Virus record (IMG/VR): IMGVR_UViG_3300027736_000035
Location: 20,994-84,993 of that record
From: a virus
DNA: 64,000 nucleotides
Direction: 5' to 3' (one strand)
A program made the translations under genes and the position numbers. This document shows positions 10,001 through 22,500 of this stretch, one piece after another. Position 1 is the stretch's first letter. Every line of letters starts with the position of its first letter. A model generated the notes under the pieces. That model was given only the letters and a program-made list of their open reading frames with translations. It was not told the DNA's origin and did not search any database.

Positions 10001-10527
10001 ATCAGAATTGGATTAGAGACACCACAGGTACTGTACCCAAACCAAATGTTCCTACTATCGATGAACTCAACACTGCATACCAAGGATTGCAAAACTACAA
10101 AATGATCAGCGACAATATTATTTTAAATCCTGTGACTTTCAAGCCATTATTTGGCATGAAAGCAGCGTCTGAATTACGTGCCACTATCAAAGTGATACGT
10201 GCAGCCAACTCCACAGCCAGTGTCAGCGAAATCAAAAGTTCTGTGGTGGCAGAAACAAACAACTATTTTAGCATTGACAAATGGAATTTTGGAGATACTT
10301 TTTACTTCTCTGAATTGGCAGCATATTTGCATCGCGTGCTAGGAACTATCATCAGTTCAGTGGTGTTGGTGCCATTGAACTCACAAAAATACTTTGGTGA
10401 CTTGTATGAAGTAAGATCAGCACCAAATGAATTATTTGTTAATGCAGCTACTATAGATAATATTGAAGTGATTGATGCACTCACCAGTACCAATCTACGT
10501 ACAGCTCCAGGCAGTGGAGTAATTTAA
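7060..10527 (+). CDS. Baseplate wedge protein gp6-like
   Basis: YDFETLRKSFVDYL..FNDYIESSEFIALLD, FGDGVFSEIP and ESIAEIKQRAP..YTQNRMVNGEDY are gp6/baseplate J motifs. It follows gp25. Confidence 0.85.
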   Translation: MATTTRQTAIFGVEDWKQIYQTYREADFQSYDFETLRKSFVDYLRLYYPETFNDYIESSEFIALLDVMAFMGQALAFRTDLNTRENYMDTAERRDSVVQLANLVSYTAKRNTESQGLLKVFSVVTTENVTDYNGVNLSNVTVDWADPTNPAWQEQFTAIINASLVDSQRIGRPGNRQTILGVRTDEYGINLVPGYLPVIPYNATVDGISMPFEAMSSTSMGENYLYEPSPRVNQTFNILFRNDQLGFNSNNTGYFFMFKQGVLQNQDFNLPERIANRTVNINIEGVNQEDRWLFQLDTVGTVNREWQFTENVYSAAAEQIGTSLRPIFSVTSRANDQITLVFGDGVFSEIPVGTFRCYVRASNGLQYIINPEEMQAVSLPISYISRTGNLETITFTCGITQPVSNSQTRESIAEIKQRAPAQYYTQNRMVNGEDYNLFPYTQYNSILKSKALNRASIGTSRYLDLVDNTGKYSSTNTFGSDGGLWEQNILPTILFTWNTRNEIADVITNQVQPQLLAPIVKQFYYANFPRQSVNTGATAASTWQQSTTLANQTTGFFRNSTVTSAWPSGTPIPVGNVVGITNPFYFVTPGALIKFVSPTGYYFDRNNRLVQGSPSRSDEKLEIWASPLQVIGDGYSGGLGNLPSGAGPVSLNNFVPTGAIVDTIIPLFVTDLPLDLEAAISEQIVLYRNFGLGYDNDGSVTGTPYAWYLITSTNLDQNSAWSQTVPGIAGNKDGVNSDASWLIQFVTVNQSYTITFRGLQYNFGSVLQTRFFFYEGQQIYDSRTGTVIKDYINMLAVNTQPDSTDHLPGDVPVTIIGQPVESDGYVDDFQVLVSYRDADSDGIPDNPDFFTEIVAPTVNANQKFVFLQQTVDFDNLQRYLLVEQGRVNSDYATIDDIELVKSEWSPGQVFYAYDQAAFYELSVSVTGVRTLVSVSGWIARVGRQSLYYQYRHNSPLTNRIDPGTTNIIDLYVVPQSYYTAYQNWIRDTTGTVPKPNVPTIDELNTAYQGLQNYKMISDNIILNPVTFKPLFGMKAASELRATIKVIRAANSTASVSEIKSSVVAETNNYFSIDKWNFGDTFYFSELAAYLHRVLGTIISSVVLVPLNSQKYFGDLYEVRSAPNELFVNAATIDNIEVIDALTSTNLRTAPGSGVI

Positions 10528-13500
10528 TGGCAACCGCACGATCAGTAGATTTTCTCCCACAAATATTTCAAACTGAGACCAACAAACAGTTTTTGGCTGC
10601 CACACTGGATCAACTCACACAGGAACCCAAATTTAAAAAAACACAAGGATTTATTGGACGTACTGTGGGTCCGGGTGTCAACCCCAACGACAAGTATGTG
10701 GTAGAATCAACCGCAGTCAGAAGAGATTACCAACTGGAGCCCGGTGTGATCAGCCTGGTGCCTGACACCAACACCATTAAAAATGCCATCACTTATCCGG
10801 GAATCAATGATGCTGTGTCATTCAGTGGTGGAGATGGTGGTCGTCCAGATCGACTGTATCAAAGCGAATACTACAGCTGGGACCCGTTTGTAGATTTTGA
10901 TTCATTTGTAAATTTCAGTCAATATTTTTGGTTACCAGCAGGCCCAGACGCAGTTGATGTGGCAGCATCTACCATTCCCACCAGCGACAATTTTTTTGTC
11001 ACCCGAGAAAATGGAATTTATACATTCTCAGGAGTAGCAGGCACGGATCCTGTAATTGATCTAGTACGCGGCGGAAACTATACTTTTCAAATAGCGCAGA
11101 ACAACAAAGAAACTGCAAATTATCGTGTGACTAATTCAGGGATTTCTGCTTATCTATTAGATGGATTACGAAATCCAACTCTCACACTGGCACGTGGCAA
11201 CACTTATGTGTTTAATCTGGTTCTCAACGGCGACTTTCCTTTCTGGATCAAAACTGCACCAGTCACCGGACTTGAAGATGTGTACAGCACTGGCGTCACA
11301 AGAAACGGTGCTCGTACTGGCCTGGTTACATTTACTGTGCCCCAAGACGCCCCGGATATTTTATATTACGCCAGCCAAACTCAGCTCAATATGCAAGGCA
11401 CATTGAATATTGTCAATGGTACCCAAGGAACTGGTCCAGGATTTTGGATACAAGCATTTCCGGGAGTAAGTGGAAAAGATCCAAGCCAACCAAATATCAG
11501 TTCGAGAGATGTACTGGGCGTATCTAACAATGGTACTGATCTTGGCACAGTGACATTTAATGTTCCTCAAAAAACTGCACAAAGTTTTTATTATTCATTA
11601 ACACCATTTGGTGTAAATTCCAGCGGCGCATTGATTACTCCGGTTGATATAATATGCGATCTTTCATTCAATCAAGTTAACAATCAACTGGTGGACGTGT
11701 TCCTGGCCACATATGGCGGCATAGATGGTACAAAAAATCTCAATGGTCGAACTCTGGTATTCACACAATCGTTAACTGATGCTGAAGCAAGTCTGTGGCA
11801 AATCAAATATGTGACCATAGATCTACTGACCTACATCAGTCTATCCAAGCTGGCTGATATTCCGGTACTGAATAAATTCAAAGCAAGATACGGAATCAAC
11901 TACAGCAACACCGAATGGTACAAAAAAGCCAACGGAATATTCGAAAGAATTCCTTTGTTGACCGCTGCACAGGATACATTGTATTACCAGGATGGTACAG
12001 ATCCAGAAATTTTTGGCCGCATAAGATTGATAGAACAAACTGCTGATACCACGCTGTATATTGATGCTATATTAGGTAAAAAATCTTATACCAGTGCCAA
12101 TGGTGTGGTATTCAGCAATGGACTCAAAGTAAAATTTGTTGGCGATGTGTTTCCAACATCGTATGCATCAGGAACACTTGATCTGACCATCACTGCTGCA
12201 CAATCAGGCAGTAACTATCTAACTACTGAATCTACTGCAAATTTATATGTTGGTGAAAAAATCATATTCATTGACAGCATTGGCGGAGTATCGCCGGGAA
12301 CATATTATGTTCAAAGTTTAGCAGCCAACGGAACTCAATTCAGTATTAGCCTACAAAAAGGCGGCGGCGCATATCCATTGCAAGTAGGATCAGCCAATGC
12401 TCGTGCCATCGCAGTCAGCGATTTAGAATACTATGTGAGCGGTGTAGGAACTGCCATTGAATTATTGCCAGTTGAAATTTTTTCTACTCCCGAATTGTAC
12501 GTGGTTGATGCCAACGACAGCACCATCTATGTAGAACCTGGCCAAACTGATTATCTCACCATCAATCGCGCCAGTCGAGACCGCAATGCTTGGAGTCGAA
12601 GCAATCGCTGGTTTCACTCTGATGTTATCAATGCCACAGCAAAGTACAATAACACCACGGCAGTTTTTGACAACAATTATCGAGCCAAGCGTCCAATCAT
12701 ACAATTCCGTCCCAACATCAGATTGTGGAACATGGGCACTGACGGTAAAAATCCAGTTGATATCATTGATTTTTCACAGACTGATGCTTTTAGTAATGTG
12801 GAAGGATCTACAGGATATTCAGTTGACGGATACACATTGATTGATGGTAGCCGTGTGATATTTGCTGCCGATCAAGATCAAAATGTCAAAGATAAAATTT
12901 ATGTAGTGTCATTCATTGTTCCTGACACAGTAGCACCACTGATTGCACAACCTATAATTTCGTTGACACCGGCGCAAGATGGTGAAGTATTGGTTGATCA
13001 ATGTACAGTGTGTTTGTATGGCACAACATCGCCGGGAGTAACATTTTGGTTTGATGGTACCACTTGGACTGAAGCACAGCAAAAAACTGCTGTGCAGCAG
13101 GCTCCGTTGTTCAATATCTACGACACCAATGGATACAGCTTTGGTGATCAGTCAAAATATCAAAGTTCTACGTTTGTGGGTAGCAAGTTGTTCAGCTATG
13201 CAGTAGGCGACACCAGCATAATTGACCCAATATTGCAATTTCCGTTGCAGTACCTCAATATCAATAATGTAGGCGACATTGTGTTTGTCAACAACTTGTA
13301 CAAGGATACTTTTTTATACGTGGCAGATAATGCCAGTGTGACATTGGATATCAGTTCAGGATCAGTCAAAGAGTACACAACTCGTGCAAGCTATCGTCGA
13401 TTGATAGGCTGGCAAACTGCTGCTACACCAAGTCAATGTTACCAACAATTTAAATTTACCTATACCGGAACCACACTCAAATTAGATGTCAAAGTTGACG

Positions 13501-16500
13501 ATCCAGTCAACAATACTCCAGCAATCAAAATATATGTAGGATCGGTATTTCAAGCACCCAGCACATACAGTTATCTTACCACAGCAACTACCACAACAAT
13601 CACGTTGAATAAAACACATGTACCTGGTGATATCATTGAGGTATTGGCACTAAGCAGTCAGACCAGTAGCGCAGCATTTTATCAAGTGCCCATAAATTTG
13701 CAGAACAATCCATTGAATGGTAACAGTCCAGAGTTTACTCTTGGAACCATACGCACACACTATGAAAGTATTTGTGAAAATATTCTCACTGTTGTTGGGC
13801 CAGTTAACGGTTCCAACAACACTAGAGATCTTGGTAATTTAGTTCCGTATGGATTGACCATCTTACAACAAAGTTCGCCATTGACATTGGCAGGATATTT
13901 TTTAAGATCTCCTGACTATAATATTTTTGCATCATTGAGTTTTGCCGACAGAGAATACAACAAATACAAATATCAATTGTTAGATGCAGTAACAAATCAA
14001 ACCATTGGATTTGACACAATTAGTCAAGTGTTAGACACAGCTATTCAAAGTATTACTTTGGGCCGAGTTGAATCACAACCGTTCTACTGGTCAGACATGT
14101 TGCCATCCGGAGCAGTATATACAACTACCACATATACCATTGGCTATACCAGTACCAGCAGTTTTGATACTGTACAAGTTTACAATTATCGATCAGCCAA
14201 CTACTTGGGTATGAACGTGTATCTTGGAGAGGTATTATTGGTCAGAGATCGCGATTATGTTGTGGCCACAGACGGCCCTCGAATCACAGTGCTGATTGAT
14301 CTGGCCGTTGGCAGCACATTGGTGTTACAAGAATACAGCGCCACATACGGCAGCTTTGCCCCTAATACTCCTACCAAGTTGGGATTGTACCCAGCGTTTG
14401 TGCCTCAAGTGATTACTCAGCGAACCAGCAATGGCAACGTACAGGTCACACAAGGGCATGACGGATCAATTACTCCGTTGTTCAACGACATACGAGATCA
14501 AGTGCTGTTAGAATTTGAAACTAGAATTTATAACAATCTCAAACTAGATGGAAATCCAGTTCCGTTAACAATCGACGATGTGTTGCCTGGACAATTCCGC
14601 AGTACAGGATTCAGCTATTCAGAAATTACTGAAATATTAAATCAAGATTTTTTAAGATATGTAGGAGCAAACAAACTTGATTACCGAACACAAGATTTTC
14701 GTGCCACAAACGAATTCACCTGGAATTACAGTAGTACCAAGAACAAACTTGACAACAGTCAAAATCTATTGGGCGCCTGGCGCGGCATAAATCGATATTT
14801 TTATGACACCGAACAACCACAATACACTCCTTGGGAGATGTTGGGATTCAGTAAAAAACCATTATGGTGGGAAGATGCGTATGGCCCTGCTCCGTACACC
14901 GGCGATAACTTGGTGTTGTGGGATGATCTAGCAGCTGGCTATGTGGCTGATCCAGTGGCACCGTATTTTCGCCCCAAATATGCACGTCCGGCCAGCACTG
15001 GCTCGATCGCTGAACCCCAACGTGGCGGCATCTGGGGAGCAGGACCATACCCTTCGCTGTTCCCAATCATACCCACCGGAGACGAAGGACAATTACTCAG
15101 CCCGTTCAACAGTGTAATGGGCGTGTACAGCAATGCACAATTTCAGAAAAGTTGGGCACCCGGTGACGGAGGACCAGTAGAAGCTTCGTGGTGGAACAGC
15201 TCCAGTTATCCATTTGCAGTGATGCATGTGCTGGCAGTTACCAAACCAGCTAAATTTTTTGCATTGTTTGCTGACCGTGACCTGTATCGTTACAATGAAG
15301 AATTTGGTCAATACTTGTTGAATGATCGTTATCGTTTGGATGCCAATGGCATTGAAGTTTACGGGAATGGTGTCAGCAAAGCCAGTTACATTGATTGGAT
15401 AGTTGATTATAATCGTCAATCTGGCATTAACTCTACCGACGAACTCACTGCGGATCTGGCCAATCTTGACGTGAGATTGTGTTACAGAATGGCCAGTTTT
15501 TCTGACAAACAATACATCAAATTATATACTGAAAAATCCAGCCCCAATTCTACCAATACCACATTGATGATTCCTGACGAAAGTTACAATCTATTACTTT
15601 ACAAAAATCAACCATTTGATCGCACTGATTATTCTGCAGTGGTTGTACAAAATGTTCCAGGTGGATATGCAGTGTTTGGCTACAGTACATCTTTGCCTTA
15701 TTTCAAAGTGCTGGCCAGTAGATCCACCGGTCAGCTACGCACCATTTCATCTGGCGGTGCCACTGTACGGGTGCCTACTTTTTACACCAACACAGAGGTC
15801 CACGTACCATATGGATTTATATTTGCCAATGAAACCAGTGTGTGCGATTTTTTACTCAGCTACGGCGAATTGTCAAAACAACAAGGTATAACATTTACCA
15901 ATCGTGCCAATGGCTACGTATTGGATTGGAATCAAATGTGCCAGGAATTCTTGTACTGGAGCCAGCAAGGATGGGGGGAAAATGCTTTATTAAATTTGAA
16001 TCCATTGGCCGCTAAACTCACAGTCACCCGGGATCAAGCAGTGGTGGACAGCATAGTTGTACAAGCAGCAGATAATGTGTTGCTGGATCAAAACAATAGA
16101 GAATTGCCCACTCGCAATCTCAATATCACACGTATTGACAATACATTTACTTGTGAACCATTGACCACACAAACGCTGAGTTTCATTGATCTAAAATACA
16201 CCACCTACGAACACATGATTGTGTTGAATAACCAAAGTGTATTTGGAGATTTAATTTATCAACCTATCACCGGTGCTCGCCAAAATCGTTTGATCTTGAT
16301 AGCTTCTAACACAGCTGACTGGACTGGACAAATCAACACCCCAGGATTTATTCTCAATCTAAACAATGTAGAACAGTGGTCTGGCCTCAAAAGATACACC
16401 AAAGGTCAGATAGTAAAATACAAAAATGTGTATTGGAGCTCTCTAAATATTGTACAACCCAGCGAAAAATTCAATTTCAACGAATGGGTACAAAGCGATT

Positions 16501-19500
16501 ACACACAGATTGAATTGGGACTGTTGCCTAACTTGGCAAACAAAGCCAATCAGTTGTCCAACAGTTACAATATCAACTCTGCCAATCTTGAACAAGACAA
16601 TGACTTACTGAGCTACGGCCTGATCGGATTCCGTCCACGCCAATACATGGCTGCATTGAATCTTGACGACGTCAGCCAACTCAATGTGTACAGACAGTTC
16701 CTTGGATCCAAAGGCACAATCCTCAGTGCAGAATTATTCTCCAATGCCAACCTTGGCAAAGAAGCTGCTGATTACAGCATATATGAAAATTGGGCAGTGC
16801 TACGATCTGTCTATGGTGCCAATGCCAATCGCAGTTTTGTTGAATTAAGATTGGACCGTTCATATCTCAGCAGCAATCCTAGTCTAGTGCAAGTGGTGGT
16901 GCCGCAGCAAGTGAGTTCAGCAGATCAACAAATATTGCTCGGTGATGTGTGGAAACAAAGTTATAAATTAACTTCACCAGATTTTTTACCAACGACCACA
17001 ATCACACCCACTGACATAGCATTGCCCACGGCAGGATATGTAAATTTAAATGACGCTGATATCACGGTATTTGATATCAATGATTTGGCCAATATTGCTG
17101 CTAATCTTGATGCCATTGCAGTGGGAACATCAATCTGGATAGCAAAAATAAATGATTATGATTGGAATATATATCGTGCTCAATCAGTGCCCGGCGCTGT
17201 ACAACATGTATGCGACAATCTAGACGGAACCAGTCGGGTAATATTCAGTCAATCACATGGGTTGTCTGCTGGTGACACATTGATAATTAAATTCTTTGAT
17301 ACAGAAGTCAATGGAGTATATCAAGTATTGAGTGTGAGTAATTTAACCACAGTAAATATTGCATTTCAGTTTGTTCAGAAACGTACTGTGGCCAATGGAC
17401 TTGGACTGGGATTCACCTTGCAGACCATGCGTGTGGCACAAGCGTCAGACGTGATCAATTTGCCATATGCAAATGATGTTGTACCTGGCGCTAAAGTTTG
17501 GGTAGATAACAACGGTGATGATCTATGGGAAGTGATACAAAAACAACAAGTGTTTGTTGACTCATCACAAATTAGTCCGTTACTGCTGGATGCAGGTGAA
17601 CAATTTGGAGTTGCTGTCGCACAGGCCACAGCAAGATTGGCTTTGTTTGTCGGTAGCCCAAGATACGGGTTTGGCGGCAGCGCCCAAAAAGGTGCAGTGT
17701 ATGTTTATGTTAAAAACTCACAAGATCAATATGCTCCAGTGAGTCCGATCATCAACGCAGATGGCATACTCACACTGGATCGGACCGGAGTGCGCGGCTA
17801 CGGCAATGCTGTGGATTTTGGCAATCAAACTTGGGCAGTGGCAGGGGCCAGCCAGAGCCTAGGGCCCAGCAGCGAAACCAACAATGGGTACGCTTCAGTG
17901 ATCTATCGAGATCCAGCACTGGGTCAACCAGGTGTGAATCCGTTTATCAATTGGCAGTTGTTGACTCTACCAGGAACCACAACATCAACTACTCCGGGTG
18001 CAGGAGAGTTTGGATATTCTGTCACAATGAGTCTTGACGAACGTTGGATGTATATCAGTGCACCAGGCCTGAACACAGTGTATGCATACGGTCGTGTGGA
18101 CTGGCAAGATCAGTTTGTAACCATACTTGGCACCGGAACAACCACTCAATACACCATTGCTGGCACAATACAAATAAACAACAGCAGTCAACTGAAAGTG
18201 TTAATAGATGGACAACTGCAAACCACTGGTTATTCAATAGATGCAGCATTTGACAAAGTCACGTTCACCACAGCACCTGATTTGGGTGCCCTGATAAAAT
18301 TTCAACGCATCAATACTCAACAACTGGATGCACAAACTTATTATGATGTGTCACAAACATCTACCAGTGGCAGCGGAACAGGTGCCAAGTTTACCATAAC
18401 TCGTGTTCGCGGGGAAGTGGGACAGCCTGGCGCTAGTTTTGGTGGAGTAGGTGCTACTTCTGCCGGAACAGGTTACGCAGTAGGCAATACCATAACCATT
18501 GCCGGCGCCAGTTTTGGTGGCACAAACAATATTGTACTAACAATAACATCCATTGGCACAGGCGGCACACTTGGTGGTTTTAATATTGCATATACTCCTC
18601 CTACTTTGGCCACAGTATTTTCATTGAATGAATATTTCTTTACAGCCATCAATATCTATAGTTTTAGTATTGCAGTTGACGGTGTTCTTTATAGACCCAA
18701 TATTGACTATACGTTTGATACTGTCACACAAGATTTAACATTCACTGGCACTGGCCCAGCATCGGGTACTATAATTATTGCACGAGCACAAAGTTACTTT
18801 ACCTATGTGAATTCTATCACTGCTAGTGGACTTGGCGCAAGTGATAGATTTGGACATTCAATTGCGTGTACCACAGATGGCCGACAAGTTGTAATTGGAA
18901 CACCGTACAGCACACAAAATAGCAATGCCGAAGCAGGCTCTGTATACGTGATTGATCGCAATGTGCAACGATTTATCTACGGCAGCGACGGTTCAACTGT
19001 GACATTTACCTTGCTGGGAACTCCGGCAGCGCCAGTCAGTGTCATTGTGAACAATGTATTCTTGACCAATCAAACTGACAGCGTGATTGGTGCGCCAAAT
19101 ACTTTTTACTGGAACGGTGCCAACACGGTCACAGTCAATGCTGATTTGCAATACGGTGATGTGGTTGAAATTGAAACCAACCAATTTGCTCAGATACAAA
19201 AAATCACTCAGAACACAGTGGCTAATTTTTCAAACTTTGGACAAAGTGTAGACATCTGCAGTTACAATTGCAGTTTGTATGTGGGTGTACCTCAAAGCAG
19301 TGTGCAAATTTACAAAGGCGGTGTGGTTGAACGCGATGTAAATCAAAGCCGTATATATGGTACTATCACATCAACTGTGGTCAATGCAGCATTGACCGCT
19401 GGCAATACCGTGCGTGTGAACAACATGGATGTTGTGGTGCCTGCTGCATGGAATAGCCTAAGTGCATACTATAAAAATGATGTAGTTTACAATTTGTCAG

Positions 19501-22500
19501 GCAGCACTTACACTATCTATGTTGCATTACAAGATGTCCCGGCAGCCACAGCATTGACCAATGTTAGTTATTGGTCTCCAGTTACAACAACCACAGTAGC
19601 GGCCAGCGTCTATGTACGTGCATTGGCTGCACAGATAAACAGCACAGTGCCCAATGTGATTGCCACTGTTGATGTCAGTGGATATTTAACTGTGTCAGTT
19701 AAAAATAATAATTCAGCTCCGGCCTTTAACAAATTACAAGTGGCGCCAGGATCAATTGGTACAGCATTTGCCACACTGGCATTCACTACATTTGCATTTA
19801 CACAAACCATAGTCAGTCCTTATCCTGTAAAATATTCTGCTTTTGGTTCAAGTGTAAACATTGCAGATTCGGCCACTACCCTGGTAGTGGGTGCGCCAAA
19901 CGGCACCTTGTATCTGATAACTGTGTTTGATGATGGCAACACAGACTTTGATGCTGACAGTACTACATTTATTACCACGGTAATCAATAGTGGTGCAGTG
20001 TACACATATGACTATTTGCCAAGTGCAAGTATGAGTATATCAAATCCAGGCAAGTTCTTGTTTGGCCAACAGATCAACAACAGTGAAGTAAATGCATTAG
20101 ATACATTTGGATCAACTGTCAGCTATGTTGATGGGATTTTGGTTGCTGGTGCTCCAAACAATGATGTAGGCGATAGTACGGCAAATTATGGGCGAATTTT
20201 CTTGTTTGAAAATCCCACCCGCACTCCCGCCTGGACAGTGATACGACAACAGCAACCAGTGGTAGATGTCAGTTTACTCAATGGAGTATTCACCTACGAT
20301 CGTATTACCAGTGCTACCACACAGTTCTTTGACTTTTTTGATCCTCTTCAAGGCAAAATATTAGGTGCTGCACGGCAAAATATTGATTACATCAGCGGCA
20401 TAGATCCTGCCAACTACAACATTGGCCCCAGCGGTATCAATGGTGCCACCTGGTGGTCAGGGCATGTGGGTGAAGTATGGTGGAATACCAGCACAGTGCG
20501 TTTTATTGATCCCAATCAAGATGACATAACCTACGCCAGTCGACGATGGGGGCAAAATTTTCCTGGAAGTTCAATAGATGTATATCAATGGATTTTGAGC
20601 ACAGTGCCTCCAGCCAGTTATACTGGTCCGGGTGTGCCGTACAGCACTTCAAGTTACAGCATCAATACTAGACTCAACCGAGACGGTATATTTGCTACTG
20701 AATACTATTTCTGGGTGCGTGGAATCACAACCACTGCTGTGCAAGAAGGAAAAACACTCAGCGTGGCCACTGTGGCACAGTACATAGAAAATCCACGTGC
20801 CAGTGGGATAACTTACATGGCACCAATCAATGCCAGCACTGTTGCTCTTTACAATGCTGCTGAATACATAGTGGCATCGGACACAGTGATCAATATATCA
20901 TTTGACAGAGAAGCCACAGAAAGCAACGTACATACTGAATATGAACTGATTGCCGAAGGAAAACCAGACGCATTTTTGAGCACGAATCTCTATCGCAAAT
21001 TGCAAGACAGTTTCTGCGGAGTTGATACATTTGGTAACAATGTGCCAGACGCTAATCTCAGTCCAGCAGAACGTTATGGTGTGCAATTTAGACCACGGCA
21101 AAGCATGTTTGTGGATAGATTTGATGCTCTTAAAAATTATCTCACAAGAGTAAATGCTGTACTGGCAAGATTTACAATTTCTGAAAGTCGCAGTTTCAAT
21201 CTTCTCAACAGTGCAGAACCTGAACCAAGTGCAGCCACAGGTCTGTGGAATTTGCGTGTGGCAAATTTAGAGATATTGGGGTTCCAAAATATCTATACAG
21301 TACCATTGGGATATCGCTACTTGGTGGTGACTGACAGTAATAATCGTGGCCTGTGGACCATCTATACTGTGATAGCCAGCGATCAAGTGGCAGGCGAACG
21401 TCTACTACGATTGTCATTTGTTCAAGGATATAACACTGCTGATTATTGGAGTTATATTGATTGGTATCTCCCAGGATACAATTCCAGCACCAAGGTACTG
21501 GCAGAAGTTGCCAACCAAGCCGCGCTAAGAACTTTAGGGTTGTCAGTGGGCAGCAGTGTTCGAGTTACTGCAAATTCTCAAGGTAAATGGGAAATATACC
21601 TATTAACTAACACAGGGTGGGAACGTGTGGGATTACAAGATGGCACAATTGCATTCTCTGCAGAGTTGTGGGATTACCAATTGGGTAGATTTGGTTTTGA
21701 TATCGAAGTGTTTGATGCTCAATACTATGACCAAGAACCTGTAAAAGAAACACGAAAAATTATTCAAGCCATCAATGAAGAATTATTAATCAATGATCTG
21801 CTAATAGAACGTAATCTTGCTTTGACGTTGATGTTTAACTATGTGTTGAGCGAATTTGCTGCACCCGAATGGTTGGTTAAAACCAGTCTAATTGATGTGG
21901 ATCATAGAATACGTGATCTAGTACCATATCAAAACTATCGCCGTGACAATCAAGAATTTGTAATTGATTATATCAAAGAAGTCAAACCTTATCATGTGCA
22001 ACTACGTGAATTTAATCTACGTTATAACGGAGCAGATCAGTATCCGGGAAGTCTGACCGACTTTGATGTTCCAGCATATTATAATACTTCATTGACTGTG
22101 CCACAATACACCAGTCCTATATTGTTGCCGTATGAGCATGGCTCGTCAGACGTTGCTAATTTTTCAAGCGATTTATCATCCAACAGCACGGTATGGTCTG
22201 CATTCTCGTACAATCAATGGTATAACAATTATTTGTTAACATTGACTGCTGTAAATATTGTTAACAACGGCACAGGTTATACAGAACCGCCATTGGTGAT
22301 CGTTGGCAATGTGTGGACCGCCAACACAGCGGTGTCTATAAATCAACAACTGTTTTATGTTGATGGTAACATGAACAATTTGTATACTGTGGTAGCAAAT
22401 GGAACTACAGGTATAATACCTCCAACATTTACAACCGGCGGAACTCAGACTGATGGTACTGCTATGTTGGTGTATGCCGGTCCCGCCGCTACCGCAACAG

